Shown here: positions 40,585-49,560 of the stretch, in pieces
Numbering within the stretch: the stretch's first letter is position 1
Layout of the letters: the number at the start of each line of letters is the position of its first letter
Origin: Blastocatellia bacterium
GTDB lineage: Bacteria; Acidobacteriota; Blastocatellia; RBC074
DNA length: 64,000 nucleotides
Direction of reading: 5' to 3'
NCBI GenBank assembly: GCA_038211695.1
Contig: JBBQVH010000022.1
Coordinates: 1,602-65,601, forward strand
Position numbers and translations under genes: made by a program
The notes under the pieces: model-generated
Seen by the model: the letters and a program-made list of their open reading frames with translations, nothing else
The model's database searches: none
What the model was told of the DNA's origin: nothing

Positions 40585-42171
40585 TTACTCTTCGTCCTTG
40601 ACCACGACATATCGTGGCCCATCAGAAGTCAGGATGCTGAGTAGCACGCTCTTCTTGTTGCCCAGCTTTTGCAGAGAGGAATTAAATTCATTGAGATTGG
40701 CAATTGGCTGCCGAGCGACTTCTTCGATGACCTGACGAGGCCGCAATCCGGCTGCCCAGGCATTGCTGCTTTGATCCACATCGGTGACCAAAACGCCACG
40801 CGCGCTTTCCGGCAGTTTCAGTTTCCCTGCCATCTCCGATGTCAGTGCTTCGACGCGGACCCCGGAAAGCAGGCCGCCAGCCGCACTTGAGTCGCTGCCG
40901 CCCGCGCCTGGTTCAGCATTTTTCGCCAGTGTATCGTTCTCAACAAGCTTGGCGGAGAGTTCCCGTTCCGTTCCTTCGCGCCAAACTTTGAATTTAACCG
41001 TCGTGCCGGGTGCGGTCTGCGAAACCAGGTTGCGGAACTGAGCGCTGGTTTCGATGCGTTGTCCCTGAAATTCAGTGATGATGTCGCCGCGCTTGACGCC
41101 AGCCTGATCGGCAGCCTTGCCGGGCGTGACTCGCTGGACGAATGCGCCTTTGCTGCCTTTGTAGCCGAAGGCGTCAGCGTAATCAGCCGTGACGGGCGTG
41201 ATTTCCACGCCAAGCATTCCGCGGTGAACCTTGCCGTTGCGCAGCAACTGATCCATCACATCGCGCGCCATCTTGGTCGGAATCGCAAAACCGATGCCGA
41301 TGCTGCCTCCGCTTTGCGACAGAATTTGCGATGGAATTCCGATCAATTCGCCGCGCAGATTGACCAGCGCGCCACCCGAATTACCGCGATTGATGGCGGC
41401 GTCGGTTTGCAGGAAGTCTTCAAATGAAGTTCGGTTGCCGGAAGCGCGGCGGCCTTTGGCGCTGATGATTCCCATCGTCACCGATTGGCCAACGCCGAGC
41501 GGGTTGCCAACTGCCAGCACGATGTCGCCGACTTCAACTTTGTCTGAATCGCCAAACGGCAGTGCGGGTAACCCGCTGGCATCAACCTTGATCAGGGCGA
41601 CATCGCTCGGTGGGTCGGTGCCGATGACCTTGGCTGTGAATTCGCGCCCGTCGGCCAACTCGACCTTGACTCTGTCCGCGCCGTCAACGACGTGGTTGTT
41701 GGTCAGGATATAGCCTTCAGGGCTGACAATCACGCCTGACCCCGTACCAAGAGCCTGCAATGGCCCTTTGCCCTGCGGTTGTTGCTGGCGCGGCGCCACG
41801 CGTGGGCGGCGCGGTGTTCCTTCATCGTCTTGATCCGGGGTGCCAAACAGGTCGCCGAAGGGATCAAAAGAGAAAGGCATTTGTTGTTGTCTGCGGCCTT
41901 CGACGTTGATCACAACAACGGCGGGCGTGACCGCCTTGGCGATCGAAGAGAATCCGCCATTGAGCGTGACTTGCTGATTGATCTGCGGATCGGCCGAAAC
42001 GTAGATCGGGACTTTGTTTCCGCCTCCGCCCTTGAACCAGCCGCGTGAGGTCGCGGCGACACTAAACACGGCGCCGATGAGTAGAACCGCGACGCCAATA
42101 ATACCCATCAGTTTCCAATTGAAGCGCTGATGACGGCCAACGTTGATGACTTGATCGTATCCTGTTTCCAT
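40585..42171 (-). CDS. htrA: Periplasmic serine endoprotease, HtrA/DegP (Do) family with two PDZ domains
   Basis: Triad context TNNHVV, DVALIKV, GNSGGALVN. ATG 42171 is preceded by AAGGAG. The track start (TTG 42243) is less likely. Confidence 0.9.
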   Translation of the reverse strand: METGYDQVINVGRHQRFNWKLMGIIGVAVLLIGAVFSVAATSRGWFKGGGGNKVPIYVSADPQINQQVTLNGGFSSIAKAVTPAVVVINVEGRRQQQMPFSFDPFGDLFGTPDQDDEGTPRRPRVAPRQQQPQGKGPLQALGTGSGVIVSPEGYILTNNHVVDGADRVKVELADGREFTAKVIGTDPPSDVALIKVDASGLPALPFGDSDKVEVGDIVLAVGNPLGVGQSVTMGIISAKGRRASGNRTSFEDFLQTDAAINRGNSGGALVNLRGELIGIPSQILSQSGGSIGIGFAIPTKMARDVMDQLLRNGKVHRGMLGVEITPVTADYADAFGYKGSKGAFVQRVTPGKAADQAGVKRGDIITEFQGQRIETSAQFRNLVSQTAPGTTVKFKVWREGTERELSAKLVENDTLAKNAEPGAGGSDSSAAGGLLSGVRVEALTSEMAGKLKLPESARGVLVTDVDQSSNAWAAGLRPRQVIEEVARQPIANLNEFNSSLQKLGNKKSVLLSILTSDGPRYVVVKDEE

Positions 42172-43238
42172 ACCTCTCACTCCTTTGATCGTGCTGGTAG
42201 ATCGTGCTGGAACTTCTAAGCTTTGCTGCTTGCGATGGCGCAAGCGCAGGGAGAAAACTTACGGTTGCGGTAAGCGAAAATATCTTAGCAATGGCTTGGC
42301 CCCTTTTCAAGAATGTGCATCAGAAGGCCATGAACAGGCATTGGCGCGATTTCCGCCAAAGACTCAAGCCTCTTCGTTAAACAGCGACGGTGCGACAAAT
42401 TACCGCTTGACGGACTTTAGCACGTTGGCTAAGATGCGTCGCGGATAAGGTGTAACGAATCAGAAACGGCAACACCCGATTCTCCTCACTGGTGATGATT
42501 TTAGTTGCTTCTCAATTGCCGTGCCTCACAATTCTTAAAAGATCAATGGTTCAAAGCTAATATCTGCCAAGTCTGATGACGACAAAATTGATGCCCCAAG
42601 GTCTGTGTTGAGAACCTGCGAGTGAGAGTCGAAGAGAGTGTATTGAGGAATTAACGAAAGGATGAGTTCGCCCAACGCCATTCATCATGTGCCCGCCAAT
42701 CCATCTCCCTTGTGCTCCATTCGTAGGCTTACTTATTTTGAAAAGCTTGTTGATCTGTCACGGCAGGATTTGAAAAACAAGCAATCATCTTCCCCTGATC
42801 TGTTTACTTCGACTCAATTGCCTGTCGTGGGTCTGGTGCCCCAAGTTCATAATTCAGGTGCTCCAACAAACATAATCTTTTCGCATTTAAATAGGATCAG
42901 CGCGTGAAAGCGTGTCTTGATTAAGTCAGCGTCGTAGTGTGAGATCACACGCTCAAGAGGCCTTTGTCTGGCCTTGTTGTTTGAGTTGTTGAGATGTGGA
43001 ATGCGTGATCCCGTGTGATGGCCGTTGGCCAATGTGATGTCGCACGGGCAGTGACTGAGGCTTTCAGCTTACGGCTGAAGCTTAGGTCCAATGCCTTCTG
43101 GAATCGGGCAGAGTCTGAGGTTTGGCTCGGGTTTGCCCAAGGTTAGATTGATAGATCATTTTTAGTGGCTAGCCGCGGGGCCTTACGAAGCCGTGCGGCA
43201 ATATCTTCGGCGCCATGGAAAAAGGAGTCTGAAAAACA

Positions 43239-46200
43239 ATGGCTGGTCGCGAATATCTTCTCAGGTTGTGCCGCTTGGCTTCACGCCGGGCGGTAGTCAT
43301 TGCGCTTGTCGCTGTGTGTTTGGCCAGTGCTAGCCTTATTAGCTGGTGGCAGGCATCAGCAGAGCGCTCACTGAATTCATCTGCAGCAACTATATCCCCA
43401 AAGGGAAATGCCGCAACTGCTGGCTCGCTGGTCTCACTAAGCGGTCTCAAATTCGCCCAGGGCGATGGCGCGCAAGGCGCTATGCTCGGTGAGTTCGAAG
43501 GCTACTTCGATGCCAAGACCCGCAGTTTCTCATTGCAGCCCAAGGGCGAGCGGGCGGGCACAGGCAATCGCCAGGCGTTCCGCAGCGATCCGGGTGGTGA
43601 CGTGCCGGTCGGGCCGTCAGGCTTTAGTTTCCGCGTGGTCAGAAGCGATTTCGTCAATACGCCTGACAATCCCGCAACGGTCGTCGGTGAAATTGAACTG
43701 ACGAACAACACAAGCGGCATCCTGTACAACACGCGCGTTGTCTTTACGTCGTTCAAGCTCAGTAATGCTGGTGGCGCGGATGCGGGGAATTTGCCGGGTG
43801 CCAATGGCTTTGCATATTTCAACGATGGCCAAGTCGCCTACAATAACAAGCTAAGCGTTTCTCGTGCTTACGGCGACATTGCGGCGGGCGGGAAGGTCAG
43901 TCAGGTCTGGTCTTTTGCAGTCGGAAACACTCCACCCAGCTTCTTTTTCGCATACAAAGTGATTGCGGACATTGGCGTCGCGGCTGAGAGCGTTGCTCCG
44001 GCGGCGGTGCAGGTGAATGCTTCCACGGGAACCAGCGTCATGATCAATGGCCGCGGATTTACCGGGACGCCAACGGTCCAGCTTGTAGGCGCTTCAACGG
44101 TTGCGCTAACGGGTGTGTCGGCGACGGCTACTGCGATCACGGCAACTGTTCCTGCGGGCACTGCCGCTGGCGCTTACAGCGTTCGTGTGATCAATCCTGG
44201 TGGGACGGCGGGTGGCGCAGGATCAAGCGTGCTGAATGGCAAATTGAAAGTGACGGGCGTGCCTGATGCAGGGCATACCGTTTCCGGCAACATCGCGGCC
44301 TTCGCCGATGCCGGGCCATATTTAGTTTCGGGCAGCGCGACGATCGGTTCGGCGGTGACGATTCCTGCCGGTGCGGTGATTTACGTTGCCGGTGGCGCTG
44401 CGATCACAGTCACCGGTGCTGGAAACATCACGGCAGATGGCGGAATTCCCGGAGTGTCTGCCACGAATCCAAATCAAATCGTGATTACATCTCAGCGTTC
44501 TCCGGGGGCGGCTTTGCCTGCGGCAGGAGCCTGGGGTGGAATCAATGCTACGTCGGTGGCTTCCTCGACGTTGACGATGAGGAACGTCGTGGTCGAATAC
44601 GGCGGCGCGTCGGGCAGCGCGGAAATCAACCTGACCGGTTCGGGGCGCACCCTGCGCTTTACGGACAGCATCGTTCGATCAAGCGCGGGCGCGGGCATTT
44701 CGGCGGCGGGCACGGGCGAGAGCCTGGTCGGCTTTGCGCGCAACCGGGTGGATAACAATGGCACGTCGGCCAGCGACCCGGCGGTGCTGGTCAGCGGTAA
44801 TGCTTCACTCGGTCTGTATGACATCAACAGCGCTAATGCTGCGACCAGCGTTGGCGATCCTTCCTATTTCTACTCATCCGCCAACGATTTCACCAACAAT
44901 CAAGTCAACGCAATTCAGATCGGAACCACTGCTGACGCAGCTTCAAACGATTTCACCAAATCGGGCGTGCTGGTCGGACAGGGGACGACACCGATCAGGA
45001 TTGCAGGCAGTTGCGCAAACCCGGCGATTGTCGGCGCGGTTCCTCCGGCCACTCCGGCGGAACTGACAATTGGCCCGTCAGCCACAATTCAGCTTGCGGC
45101 AGACCTCAACCTTCAAGCCGGTGATTATCCGTCGAATAAAGTCGGGTGTATCGCGGCCAACGGCTATGCCGGAGCCTACATCGGCCCCAAGCCAGGATCG
45201 GCGGCAGTCAACAAGCTGATCTCGTTCGACAAGATTCCGAGCGGCGGTAATTTCAGTGCAATCTTTTTCTCGCGCAACGCGATGGCCAACTGCATTCTGA
45301 ATTACGTCAGCGTGCAGAATGGCGGCGCGGCATCAGCATGCAGTAATGGCAACGGCGAAGTGATTACGGAAGTAATCGGCCTGAAGGTGACCAATTCGGT
45401 GATCACAGGCAGCGCGACAGGCGGTTTGCTGTCAATCGTCGGCGCAAAGGTGGATTCGCGCGGTTCAACGTTGAGCGGCAATGCCATTCCGATTATTGAT
45501 ACCATCGCCGGCGGTCTGCTGGGTGACGGTAACCTTGCCATACAATCCACCGTCTATTTGCCCATTGCGATTGCGACCGATCCCTTAGGCCGCGGCATTT
45601 ACGTGGCCGATTCAGCCGGAACCTTCCTGATCCGCTTCATCAATACGACGCGCAACACAGTGACGATTGGCGGGCAGAAAATTCCCGCCGGTGCGATCCG
45701 CACGGTCATTGGCGCTCCGAACGGCGACGGGGCTGACAACGTGCCCGGCACGACAGCAGACGTTGGCAGCTTGAGCGGTTTGGCGGTCAGCAAGGACGGC
45801 GATCTGGTCTACTGGATTGATCAGGGCGCTTCGGTCATTCGTGTCTACAACGCCTCTGCTTCGCCCAAAGCGGTTGCTGGGGGCAATCTTGCTCCTGGCA
45901 ATGTCACAACTGTGATCAGTATGGGACTTGGCTCCAGCGTCAATGCCCTGGCTGTGAATCCGGTGTCGGGTGAAATCTATGTTGCTGATGCGACAGCGGG
46001 CGTCAATCAGATCTTCAAGTTTGCTCCCACAGGCGGCGCTTTAACGCCGGTTGCAGGGAATGGCGCAAACACCAAATCTGATGATGCCTTCACGCCAGGC
46101 GCGGCAACCAGCAGTCCGCTGCTGCAACCCCGCGCGATTACATTCGATCCGCAAGGCAATCTTTACATCTCTGACACAGGCCACGCCCGCGTGATCAGAG

Positions 46201-47849
46201 TGGATGCGGGCGGCACCGCTTCACTGTTGGCGCAATTCCCGCCCAAGAGCGATCCGGCGGCGATGCCTTACGATAGTAATCCATTCGCCACAGGGCTGAC
46301 CTTCTTCAATGGCAAGCTCTACATTGCCAACGGCAACGCGCAGGACATCGCGCGGATTGACGCGCCGAATAATTTCACGACGATTGCCGGAACGATCAAA
46401 ACTTCCTGCGATTACACCTCTGACACCTGTGGCGATGGCGGGCCGATCGCTCAGGCTCTCTTTAACCTGGTCGGCAGCGTGTCGCAGCCGCCGCTGGTCG
46501 GGTTTTCATCCGACGGCAAAGGACTGTATGTCGCTGATCAAAGCTCGGGCAGCAAAGGCCGCGTCCGGTATCTGAATTTGAGCGCAATGGATACTGAAGT
46601 CGCGGGGATATTGGTGGCGGCCGGCAACATCAATACCATTGCCGGCGCGGGGCTGCCTTCGCCATTCAATGGTGGATTGGCGACCAGCGCCGCTTTCAAC
46701 AAGCCGAGTGGTGTTGGCGTGGACGGTAACGGGAATCTTTGGATTACCGACACGCTGACCAGCAAACTGCGCTTCGTGAATATGGGGACAACGACGATCA
46801 CGATTTTCGCAGGCACGACGGCAACTCAGGATGTGAAGCCGGGCGCGATCGCCGAAGTCAACAAGAACATCGGCGACGGCCCGAACGACGGCGCGCCGGT
46901 TAATTTCGCGGTCTTCGACACTCCGCAGGGATTGACCATCACCGCGCAGGGCATCTTTATAGCGGACTCAAAGTTCGGCGGCACGGTGGCGACCGGCAAC
47001 AAACCGCGTACCAGTTCGCTGCGCTTCATTAACACCACCAGCCAGACGATCACGTTTTATCCCAACGGCGCGACCAAGGTGAATGTTGCACCCGGCAACA
47101 TTGCCAGGATCGTCGGCGGCAGCACCGATCCGAATCTGCCAGGAGATGGCGCGAACCCGCTTGGGGCGAGATTGATCGGCGCGACTGACGTGGCGGTTCA
47201 TCCAACCACGGGTGACCTTTACATCGCCGAAGCCGGGCACGTTACCTTGTCGCGCATCCGCCGCGTGGATCGCAGCACGGGCGCGGTTTCGACCATCCTG
47301 ACGGGGGCAACGAACGATGCCTATCTTGGCGTGTCGTTTGACTCGGTTGGACGGCTGCTGGTCGCCAACGGCGGCTTCAAAACCGGCACTGGCGCGACGA
47401 CCAATCTGGGCAACAGTTCGATTTTGCGCGAGAAGGCTTCGGGACAGTGCGCGACCAACGCGACAAACTGCTTCGATACGATCTTGTCGGGTGGCACAGG
47501 CTCACTGCTGAAGAACCCACGTGATGTCGTCGAAGGCCGTGATGGCGCGTTGTATGTTACCAATGCCGGACCGTCCGAGGTGGGCAAGAGCGATAACAAG
47601 ATTCTGCGCATCGTGGTGTCGGGCACCACGGGCACAGCGTCAGTTTATGCCGGCACCATCCAGGGCTATAGCGGAGACGGGGGACCGGCGATCAACGCGC
47701 AACTCAACCTGGCGTCGGATGATTTCATCATCTCGACCTTCGGCACACCGGTGCTGACTTCGCGCGTGAATGTCACCATTACCATTGGGCTGAACGGAGA
47801 AATCATTTTCGCTGATGCGGCCAATAACGCGATCCGCCGGATTCGCTAA
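43239..47849 (+). CDS. Giant secreted protein: IPT/TIG-like + right-handed beta-helix-like region + multiple NHL/beta-propeller repeats
   Basis: 1536 aa with an N-terminal signal anchor. IPT-like segment (PAAVQVNASTGTSVMINGRGFTG...). Many NHL-type motifs (GIYVADS, LYISDTGHARVIRVD, LWITDT, LYIAEAGH, LYVTNAG). Confidence 0.8.
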   Translation: MAGREYLLRLCRLASRRAVVIALVAVCLASASLISWWQASAERSLNSSAATISPKGNAATAGSLVSLSGLKFAQGDGAQGAMLGEFEGYFDAKTRSFSLQPKGERAGTGNRQAFRSDPGGDVPVGPSGFSFRVVRSDFVNTPDNPATVVGEIELTNNTSGILYNTRVVFTSFKLSNAGGADAGNLPGANGFAYFNDGQVAYNNKLSVSRAYGDIAAGGKVSQVWSFAVGNTPPSFFFAYKVIADIGVAAESVAPAAVQVNASTGTSVMINGRGFTGTPTVQLVGASTVALTGVSATATAITATVPAGTAAGAYSVRVINPGGTAGGAGSSVLNGKLKVTGVPDAGHTVSGNIAAFADAGPYLVSGSATIGSAVTIPAGAVIYVAGGAAITVTGAGNITADGGIPGVSATNPNQIVITSQRSPGAALPAAGAWGGINATSVASSTLTMRNVVVEYGGASGSAEINLTGSGRTLRFTDSIVRSSAGAGISAAGTGESLVGFARNRVDNNGTSASDPAVLVSGNASLGLYDINSANAATSVGDPSYFYSSANDFTNNQVNAIQIGTTADAASNDFTKSGVLVGQGTTPIRIAGSCANPAIVGAVPPATPAELTIGPSATIQLAADLNLQAGDYPSNKVGCIAANGYAGAYIGPKPGSAAVNKLISFDKIPSGGNFSAIFFSRNAMANCILNYVSVQNGGAASACSNGNGEVITEVIGLKVTNSVITGSATGGLLSIVGAKVDSRGSTLSGNAIPIIDTIAGGLLGDGNLAIQSTVYLPIAIATDPLGRGIYVADSAGTFLIRFINTTRNTVTIGGQKIPAGAIRTVIGAPNGDGADNVPGTTADVGSLSGLAVSKDGDLVYWIDQGASVIRVYNASASPKAVAGGNLAPGNVTTVISMGLGSSVNALAVNPVSGEIYVADATAGVNQIFKFAPTGGALTPVAGNGANTKSDDAFTPGAATSSPLLQPRAITFDPQGNLYISDTGHARVIRVDAGGTASLLAQFPPKSDPAAMPYDSNPFATGLTFFNGKLYIANGNAQDIARIDAPNNFTTIAGTIKTSCDYTSDTCGDGGPIAQALFNLVGSVSQPPLVGFSSDGKGLYVADQSSGSKGRVRYLNLSAMDTEVAGILVAAGNINTIAGAGLPSPFNGGLATSAAFNKPSGVGVDGNGNLWITDTLTSKLRFVNMGTTTITIFAGTTATQDVKPGAIAEVNKNIGDGPNDGAPVNFAVFDTPQGLTITAQGIFIADSKFGGTVATGNKPRTSSLRFINTTSQTITFYPNGATKVNVAPGNIARIVGGSTDPNLPGDGANPLGARLIGATDVAVHPTTGDLYIAEAGHVTLSRIRRVDRSTGAVSTILTGATNDAYLGVSFDSVGRLLVANGGFKTGTGATTNLGNSSILREKASGQCATNATNCFDTILSGGTGSLLKNPRDVVEGRDGALYVTNAGPSEVGKSDNKILRIVVSGTTGTASVYAGTIQGYSGDGGPAINAQLNLASDDFIISTFGTPVLTSRVNVTITIGLNGEIIFADAANNAIRRIR

Positions 47850-47869
47850 CGCTTGCGCAATGACAACCT

Positions 47870-47902
47870 GGGAGCGCGGATGGGTTTTACCTCCGCGTTC
47901 CC
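47870..47902 (+). repeat. Stem-loop after the giant gene (REP-like; possible terminator, no U-run)
   Basis: GGGAGCGCGGA-tgggttttacc-TCCGCGTTCCC (11 bp including one G-U). Confidence 0.4.
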
Positions 47903-47956
47903 GGCAAGCAGGAATTGCCAAAGAATATAGCCAAATAAATTGGAGGCAGTGATTTT

Positions 47957-48946
47957 ATGAAGTTATTCAGTAAGGCAAGAGGTCAGGCAACCAGGACGGC
48001 GGCTCGCGGCGCTGCCAGTGGAGTTGCCATCCTGATCGCTACCGTGCTCTGTGCTCTGGCCACGTCTGTCGTGGCATTTGGACAGGAAGCCAGGGGCGAC
48101 GAGAACTACGCGATCTTCGTATCGCAGCGCAACGGCGCCGCGGAACTTTATCTGATTGATCTTGGCACACACCAGGTCAGCCAATTGACCAACACCGGGC
48201 GAGGGCATTTGACGCCCTCCATCGCCGCCAATCGAGCCATTGTTTTCGCTTCGCGCGAAGGCTCGAATTACGAACTGTTCAGCGGATCCCTGGGCACTGC
48301 ATGGCGCACTCGCCGTCCGGTGATTACTGGGCTGAACCGGCTGACCATCAACACTTCCGACGAAACCGGAACCAGCATCACGCGCGAAGGCGATACGATG
48401 GCCTTCGTTTCGGGCAACGGTATTGAACTGATGACCGCCGGTGGCGGATCGCGTCAACTGGCCATCCCGGCAGGCGAGGAATCGAATGACTTTGCTCCGT
48501 CAATTTCGCCGGATGGCGCGCGCATCGCGTTTGTTTCGAATCGCGCGGGCGGCTACGACCTCTGGCTATACACCAAATCCACGGGGGATATTCGCCAGTT
48601 GACGCGCAGCGCCAAGGCGGGTGGCGGTGTCAGTTGGAGTGCGGATGGACGGCAGATCGTCTTCAACACAACGGCCACTGACAACGAAGCCAGCGGCGTC
48701 GCAATGGCGGATGCCGAAACCGGCGCCTTCCGTGTGTTGACCAATCAGGGCGACTTCAATGGTTCGCTATCGGCTCGCGGCAACCGGATGCTGTTTACCT
48801 CGACGCGTGACGGCGACGCGGAACTTTATCTGCTCAACGTCGGCAGCGGTTCGGTCGAACGCCTGACCATCAGCCCGGGGGCGGATGATGGAGCGGTCTT
48901 CGTGGCGGAACCGATTCGGCCAAGCCCGCCATCGCGCAGGCCATAA
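47957..48946 (+). CDS. TolB-like PD40/WD40-like beta-propeller repeat protein (secreted)
   Basis: Signal peptide present. PD40 motifs ELYLIDL..., PSISPDGARIAFVSNRAGGYDLWLY, FTSTRDGDAELYLLN. GGAGG SD. Confidence 0.8.
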   Translation: MKLFSKARGQATRTAARGAASGVAILIATVLCALATSVVAFGQEARGDENYAIFVSQRNGAAELYLIDLGTHQVSQLTNTGRGHLTPSIAANRAIVFASREGSNYELFSGSLGTAWRTRRPVITGLNRLTINTSDETGTSITREGDTMAFVSGNGIELMTAGGGSRQLAIPAGEESNDFAPSISPDGARIAFVSNRAGGYDLWLYTKSTGDIRQLTRSAKAGGGVSWSADGRQIVFNTTATDNEASGVAMADAETGAFRVLTNQGDFNGSLSARGNRMLFTSTRDGDAELYLLNVGSGSVERLTISPGADDGAVFVAEPIRPSPPSRRP

Positions 48947-49036
48947 ATTGACAATCGCTGGGCTGAGAAACAAATAAGCTGTGCGCTTTGACGACGGCCC
49001 AAATAAGTCTTTGGAAAGGACGCAAGGAAAATTCCC

Positions 49037-49480
49037 ATGCAGATGCAGACCAGTTCCCCGAAAATCGTGACGAAAGAGCAGGCTTCATTTACCGAACTGC
49101 TCGATAACCAAGAAGGCATCATTCTCGATCTTGAGAACCTTCATTACTACACCTTGAATGCGGCAGCGGTCTTCCTGTGGAAGCAGATGCGGTCAGGTTC
49201 GGCCAACACGGCGGAATCACTGAGCGCGGCGTTGGCGACAGCGTTCAACATCAACAGCGATCTGGCGGAGCTGGATTCGCGCGCATTCCTCGACGAACTC
49301 GAAGGCAATGCGTTGGTCTTCCACTCCGAGTTTGACGTGACAGTGATCAACCGGGCGCTGGCCGCCGCAAACGGCGAACTGCCCGCCTACGAACCACCGC
49401 AACTGAAACTGTCGAATTCACTGACGCAGGTTACGCTGTCGGGTTCTTCGACCATCGCAGTCGCGGCCATCGGCGGCTAA
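49037..49480 (+). CDS. PqqD-family protein (RiPP-recognition-element-like) with ~50-aa C-terminal extension
   Basis: EGIILDLENLHYYTLNAAAVFLWKQM ... AELDSRAFLDELEGNALV matches the PqqD/RRE winged-helix pattern. Confidence 0.75.
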   Translation: MQMQTSSPKIVTKEQASFTELLDNQEGIILDLENLHYYTLNAAAVFLWKQMRSGSANTAESLSAALATAFNINSDLAELDSRAFLDELEGNALVFHSEFDVTVINRALAAANGELPAYEPPQLKLSNSLTQVTLSGSSTIAVAAIGG

Positions 49481-49484
49481 ACAG

Positions 49485-49516
49485 ATTGCGGATTGCGGAT
49501 TGCGGATTGCGGATTC
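49485..49516. repeat. (GCGGATT)n heptamer tract, left arm of a 32-nt perfect inverted repeat
   Basis: ATTGCGGATTGCGGATTGCGGATTGCGGATTC, lying between the PqqD stop and the kinase-like start. Confidence 0.9.
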
Positions 49517-49560
49517 AAACCGTATATCCGCAATCCCTGCTCCACTCTTTGCACTCCTTT

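Noticed and set aside
42662-42907. 81-aa ORF in the long htrA / NHL-gene spacer.
   Set aside because: It has no SD and atypical composition and codon usage for this genome, and it has no recognisable motif. I treat it as non-coding unless expression data say otherwise.
49486-49560. Track start 'MRIADCGLRIQ...' for the HprK-like ORF. Also the small ORF at 49500-49685 and the ORFs at 49477-49725 and 49656-49856.
   Set aside because: These are translations of the (GCGGATT)n tract in different frames. ATG 49561 gives a sensible N-terminus.
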